This document shows, piece after piece, positions 60,278 to 64,000 of a DNA stretch of 64,000 nt. The DNA comes from Oculatellaceae cyanobacterium bins.114 (GTDB lineage Bacteria; Cyanobacteriota; Cyanobacteriia; Elainellales; Elainellaceae): positions 64,001-128,000 of the forward strand of contig JANRJA010000077.1 of assembly GCA_033764315.1 (NCBI GenBank). The letters run 5' to 3'. The position numbers and the translations under genes are program-made. The notes below the pieces were generated by a model. That model saw nothing but the letters and a program-made list of their open reading frames with translations, did no database searches and was not told the DNA's origin. The first letter of the stretch is position 1; the number at the start of each line of letters is the position of its first letter.

Positions 60278-62026
60278 ATGGAAACGCAAAAACACGCAAC
60301 AGATCATTCTGAGCAACAGCAAAGCTCTTGGCAGATGGCCAATGAATTACTTCACAATTCGGATGATATTACCTCACTGGTGAGCTATGAGTTACGAGCA
60401 CCACTGACATCCATTCGGGCTGCGCTGGGGTTGTTGTTAACCGGGATGATGGGCACGCTCTCTCCCAAAGGGCACCGAATGCTAGAAATTGCATTGAGTA
60501 ATACGGATCGGCTGATGCGAGTCGTTGAGACCTTAGAGTATGACTCAGAGTTATTTAGCAACGCCAATGGAGCCAGTCATACCAATGGAACCAGTCATAC
60601 CAATGGGACAGCATTACCCTCAAATGAAGGTATTGAAAGAGTCAACACAGTTGGAGGAGAAGATTTAGCTCAGCCATCACGCAAAACGCCTATCAAACAT
60701 AAGCGAATTTATTATGACCGATTAACGGGCTTGCCCAACCGGACGTTATTTATGAGTTGGTTGCGTCAGGCGATCGCTCGGACTCAGCAAACCCCAGATC
60801 AGGTCTTTGCGGTATTGATCGTGGCACTCGATCGGTTTCAGGTGGTCAGCGATAGTTTAGGGCGAATGGCGGGTGAGCAGTTGTTGGTGGCGATCGCTCA
60901 GCAGTTAAGCACCTATGTCGAATCATTTGGAGTGTTAACTCGGCTTCAGGAAAATGAGTTTGCCATCTTGATCCATCAAGTTGAGACCCGCGATGAAATC
61001 TTTGCGATCGCTACTGAAATTCAAGGCAGGCTCAGCCACCCTTTCACGCTTTACCAGCAAGAGATTTTCTTAACCGCCAGCCTGGGTATTGCCTCAAGCC
61101 AACAAGGATATGAGTCTCCAGAAGATATCTTGCATGATGCTGCAACAGCCCTTCACCGTGCTCAGGGGAGAGGTGGCAACTGTTATGAAATGTTTGATGC
61201 TCAAGTCCGCAGTGAAGCGATTTCTCGGTTTCAACTCGAAACAGATTTGCGGATGGCGTTAGAGCGACAGGAGTTTCAACTCCACTATCAGCCGGTGTTA
61301 TCTCTAAGCAATGACCAAGTGGTTGGGTTTGAGGCGTTGCTGCGGTGGTTTCACCCTAAAGAGGGGCTTGTTTCTCCAGCCAAATTTATTCCGATCGCTG
61401 AAGAGGCGGGGTTAATTCACCCGATTGGCTTATGGGTGTTGCGACAAGCCTGTGAACAACTGTGTCGGTGGCAACAGGAGTTTCCCCTAGAGCTACCGCT
61501 GACGATGAACGTTAACCTGTCAGCTCAACAGTTATCACAACCTCGTTTGATCGAGCAGGTATCTGCGATTTTGCGTGAGACGGCGATCGCACCCAATACC
61601 TTGAAATTAGAAATTACCGAAACATCGATTATGAGCAGCCCAGAGGCCGCCATTACGGTGTTGGAGCAGTTACAAGCGTGTGGCATTCAATTGTGTGTGG
61701 ATGATTTTGGCACAGGTTACTCATCTTTGTCTTACTTACACCGCTTTCCACTGGATACGCTCAAGATCGATCGCTCGTTTGTCAGCCGCATTGACTCTGA
61801 AGGTGAGCAGTTAGAAATCGTGCAGGCGATCGTCAAATTAGCCTGGAACTTGGGCATGAATGTGGTGGTGGAAGGCGTGGAAACGCTGAAACAGTATGCC
61901 CAATTGAAAGCGTTGAGATGTGACTATGCGCAGGGCTATTTCTTCTCAAAACCTGTGAATGCTGAGGCAGCCGCTTTATTCCTCAAGCAAAAACTGGCAA
62001 TGGCACCTTCTCACCGATCCCATTAG
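60278..62026 (+). CDS. Pseudo-HisKA / degenerate GGDEF / EAL c-di-GMP phosphodiesterase
   Basis: VSYELRAPL N-terminus; YDRLTGLPNR...QENEF in place of GGDEF; intact EALLRW, DDFGTGYSSL, EGVET. Confidence 0.9.
   Translation: METQKHATDHSEQQQSSWQMANELLHNSDDITSLVSYELRAPLTSIRAALGLLLTGMMGTLSPKGHRMLEIALSNTDRLMRVVETLEYDSELFSNANGASHTNGTSHTNGTALPSNEGIERVNTVGGEDLAQPSRKTPIKHKRIYYDRLTGLPNRTLFMSWLRQAIARTQQTPDQVFAVLIVALDRFQVVSDSLGRMAGEQLLVAIAQQLSTYVESFGVLTRLQENEFAILIHQVETRDEIFAIATEIQGRLSHPFTLYQQEIFLTASLGIASSQQGYESPEDILHDAATALHRAQGRGGNCYEMFDAQVRSEAISRFQLETDLRMALERQEFQLHYQPVLSLSNDQVVGFEALLRWFHPKEGLVSPAKFIPIAEEAGLIHPIGLWVLRQACEQLCRWQQEFPLELPLTMNVNLSAQQLSQPRLIEQVSAILRETAIAPNTLKLEITETSIMSSPEAAITVLEQLQACGIQLCVDDFGTGYSSLSYLHRFPLDTLKIDRSFVSRIDSEGEQLEIVQAIVKLAWNLGMNVVVEGVETLKQYAQLKALRCDYAQGYFFSKPVNAEAAALFLKQKLAMAPSHRSH
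60564..60608. repeat. 18-bp tandem repeat (about 2.5 copies) in the linker, encoding NG(A/T)SHT
   Basis: CCAATGGAGCCAGTCATA CCAATGGAACCAGTCATA CCAATGG. Confidence 0.85.
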
Positions 62027-62056
62027 CCCGAAGAATTAGTACAATTGTATTAATTC

Positions 62057-62551
62057 TTGGTCGTCCCTATGCTTTCTAGAGCGATTACCCCAGTAGCCAT
62101 TACCCCAACAGGGAACTGCTGCGCGCCGCCTAATTGGATGCAACTCCTGATGCATAAACCTCTTTGGCTTCACCCCAATGCCCTTGTCTATCATCAACCG
62201 TCAGACACGGTTTTTGTGGTTCATCGGTTGCAACAGCAACGAGGCACAAATGCGCTCGTTTTGCTGCCTGCCTTGCTAGAGGGCGATCAAGCTAAACGAT
62301 ATTTGCTCTCTCAGTGCGATCGGGCATGGTGGCATCATTTTGCTCAACCCCGTTGTGTGATGGATCGGGGAGAATCGGTGTGGGTCGATCAACCCCAACA
62401 ACAATTGGCGATCGTCGGCAGTGGAGATGCTCAGCGACTTGAGCTAAATCAGGTACAGGATGCTGCCCTTAAATTTGCAGAGGCATTTGGCGGTGAGATT
62501 ATTCAAGTCAGCTCAGACACACTGCTGCGGTGGGAGTTGCCCATCCTTTAA
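62057..62551 (+). CDS. Hypothetical protein
   Basis: 164-aa ORF with no recognised motif; start uncertain. Confidence 0.55.
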   Translation: MVVPMLSRAITPVAITPTGNCCAPPNWMQLLMHKPLWLHPNALVYHQPSDTVFVVHRLQQQRGTNALVLLPALLEGDQAKRYLLSQCDRAWWHHFAQPRCVMDRGESVWVDQPQQQLAIVGSGDAQRLELNQVQDAALKFAEAFGGEIIQVSSDTLLRWELPIL

Positions 62552-62892
62552 GGTTTTCTGATGGTTTGGTCAGCCTTAAGCGTTATAGCCGTAGCCACAT
62601 TCGATGGGGCGGAGGCGAGTCAGAAAGCTTTCCCAGCATCAGGATTTGAGCCATTGCCTTTGCCTTAAGCTCTCTGACCAGAGCTATAGTTTTATAGATG
62701 AGTAGGTAGGGATCAAGTCTGTTATACTCCTTGCAGATGTATTTAACGGGTATCGTCTATCCTGTTGATGTGGATGACGACTGTTGGCTGGTGCAGCTGC
62801 AAATGACATGCAACAGGGTCTTTTGAAGTAGTTGCTTAACTAACTCCTACAGAGAATTTTTGAATCGCATATTCTAATTCAACTATTCAACA

Positions 62893-64000
62893 ATGAAACG
62901 CTATTGGTTCATTGGGTTTTCGTTATGGATAGCGTTGGCATCTTATACCAATGCTCAGCCTATCGCTCCGTTGCCCAATCCAGTTTTGCCGAGGGAACCC
63001 GACCCCCTACCGTCTCCTGAAACTCCATCACCCACGCCCGATCTCTCAATGCCAACGCCTCCAATAGAGCCAGCGGATGATATTCCTGGAACGATTTGGG
63101 TGGAGCGGTTTGAGTTTGAGGGCAACACTGCCTTTAGCGATCGCCAATTGAGTGAAGCAACTCAACCCTTTATTGGGCGAGAGATCTCCTTTGCAGAGTT
63201 GTTGCAAGCTGAGGCAACGGTTGCTCAACTATATACCAGCAGTGGCTATATCAACTCTGGAGCCGTTATTCCTGCTGGGCAAAACCTGGTGAGGACAAGG
63301 GCGATTGTGACGATTCAGGTGATTGAAGGAGGGGTAGAGGAGATCCAAATTACTGGAACCCGTCGGTTGGATTCTGATTATGTGCGATCGCGCCTGGAAT
63401 TGGTGACTCGCGTTCCCTTGAACCGCGATCGCTTGTTAGAGGCATTGCAACTCTTGCAACTTGACCCCTTAATTGAAACGATCTCAGCGGAACTACAAGC
63501 TGGAACCCTTCCAGAGCGGAGTTTGCTGGTTGTGCGGGTGCAGGAGGCAGATACCTGGCATGCGGATGTGTTTGCTGATAATGGACGATCTCAAAGTGTA
63601 GGCCGCTTTCGGCGGGGGGTGACGTTAGAGCAGGGCAATCTAACCGGGTTGGGCGATCGCCTGGAATTGACCTATACCAACACAGAAGGCAGCAACCAGG
63701 GTGACTTGAGTTATACGTTGCCGTTAAACTCTGAGAATGGCACGCTGCAATTGGGGGTGAGCGTGGCGAATACTCGTGTGGTTGAGGAACCCTTTGATCT
63801 GATTGATATTACGGGAAATTCACGCATTTATGACCTGACCTATCGCCAACCTGTAGTGCAAACTCCCAGTCAAGAACTGGCGTTAGGAATCACCCTATCC
63901 CATTCAGAGAGTGAGACGTTTTTGCTCGATCAACCTTTTCCTCTGTCACCGGGTGCTAATGCTGAAGGGGAGACGAGAGTCACGACATTGCGGGTGTTTC
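62893..64000 (+). CDS. ShlB/FhaC/HecB (TpsB) two-partner secretion transporter, 3'-truncated by window edge
   Basis: Own translation: MKRYWFIGFSLWIALASYTNAQ signal, Pro-rich linker, POTRA (VERFEFEGNTAFS...LYTSSGYINSGA), DNGRSQSVG, NLTGLGDRL. Absent from the ORF track because there is no stop in the window. Confidence 0.9.
   Translation, partial: MKRYWFIGFSLWIALASYTNAQPIAPLPNPVLPREPDPLPSPETPSPTPDLSMPTPPIEPADDIPGTIWVERFEFEGNTAFSDRQLSEATQPFIGREISFAELLQAEATVAQLYTSSGYINSGAVIPAGQNLVRTRAIVTIQVIEGGVEEIQITGTRRLDSDYVRSRLELVTRVPLNRDRLLEALQLLQLDPLIETISAELQAGTLPERSLLVVRVQEADTWHADVFADNGRSQSVGRFRRGVTLEQGNLTGLGDRLELTYTNTEGSNQGDLSYTLPLNSENGTLQLGVSVANTRVVEEPFDLIDITGNSRIYDLTYRQPVVQTPSQELALGITLSHSESETFLLDQPFPLSPGANAEGETRVTTLRVF

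Larger units (their letters stand above)
1..64000. repeat. HIP1 octamer GCGATCGC highly over-represented
   Basis: Many dozens of copies throughout coding and non-coding DNA. Confidence 0.95.

Noticed and set aside
62584-62688. TATAGC-ended MITE-like element
   Set aside because: Ends match only about 10/14; too degenerate to call without genome-wide copies.
793-63228. Numerous 60-135 aa ORFs overlapping recognised genes (e.g. 1477-1818, 11887-12291, 34792-35205, 54699-55049, 63046-63228)
   Set aside because: Antisense or alternate-frame shadows with no motifs.

Overview
Chromosomal segment of a cyanobacterium, judged from very frequent HIP1 GCGATCGC octamers plus rpaB, the sufR-ftrC-sufBCDS locus, flavodiiron proteins and a Psb35-like gene; probably a filamentous Leptolyngbya/Oculatella-like strain (inference). 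Most of the window is housekeeping: suf operon, plsX-fabH-fabD-plsC, rpaB, radA, ftsI, rsmB, dps, ogt, nanE, codA, tRNA-Leu(TAG) and tRNA-Arg(CCG). It also carries two glycosylation clusters, a PPC/CARDB metalloprotease, many two-component and c-di-GMP proteins, several short MITE/REP-like repeats and the 5' part of a TpsB/ShlB transporter. The most unusual items are: (i) an EAL phosphodiesterase whose N-terminus is a His-to-Tyr pseudo-DHp closely resembling the DHp of the histidine kinase encoded just upstream; (ii) a three-small-gene cassette ending in an Xre-like HTH gene before tRNA-Leu, with two near-identical 24-bp palindromes in inverted orientation over promoter -10 boxes plus LexA-type boxes; (iii) a REC-LOV-PAS-PAS-GGDEF-EAL / Cph1-type kinase / Rcp1-type regulator operon; (iv) a hybrid kinase with a ribbon-helix-helix-like N-terminus. 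All calls come from reading motifs by eye; no database searches were run.
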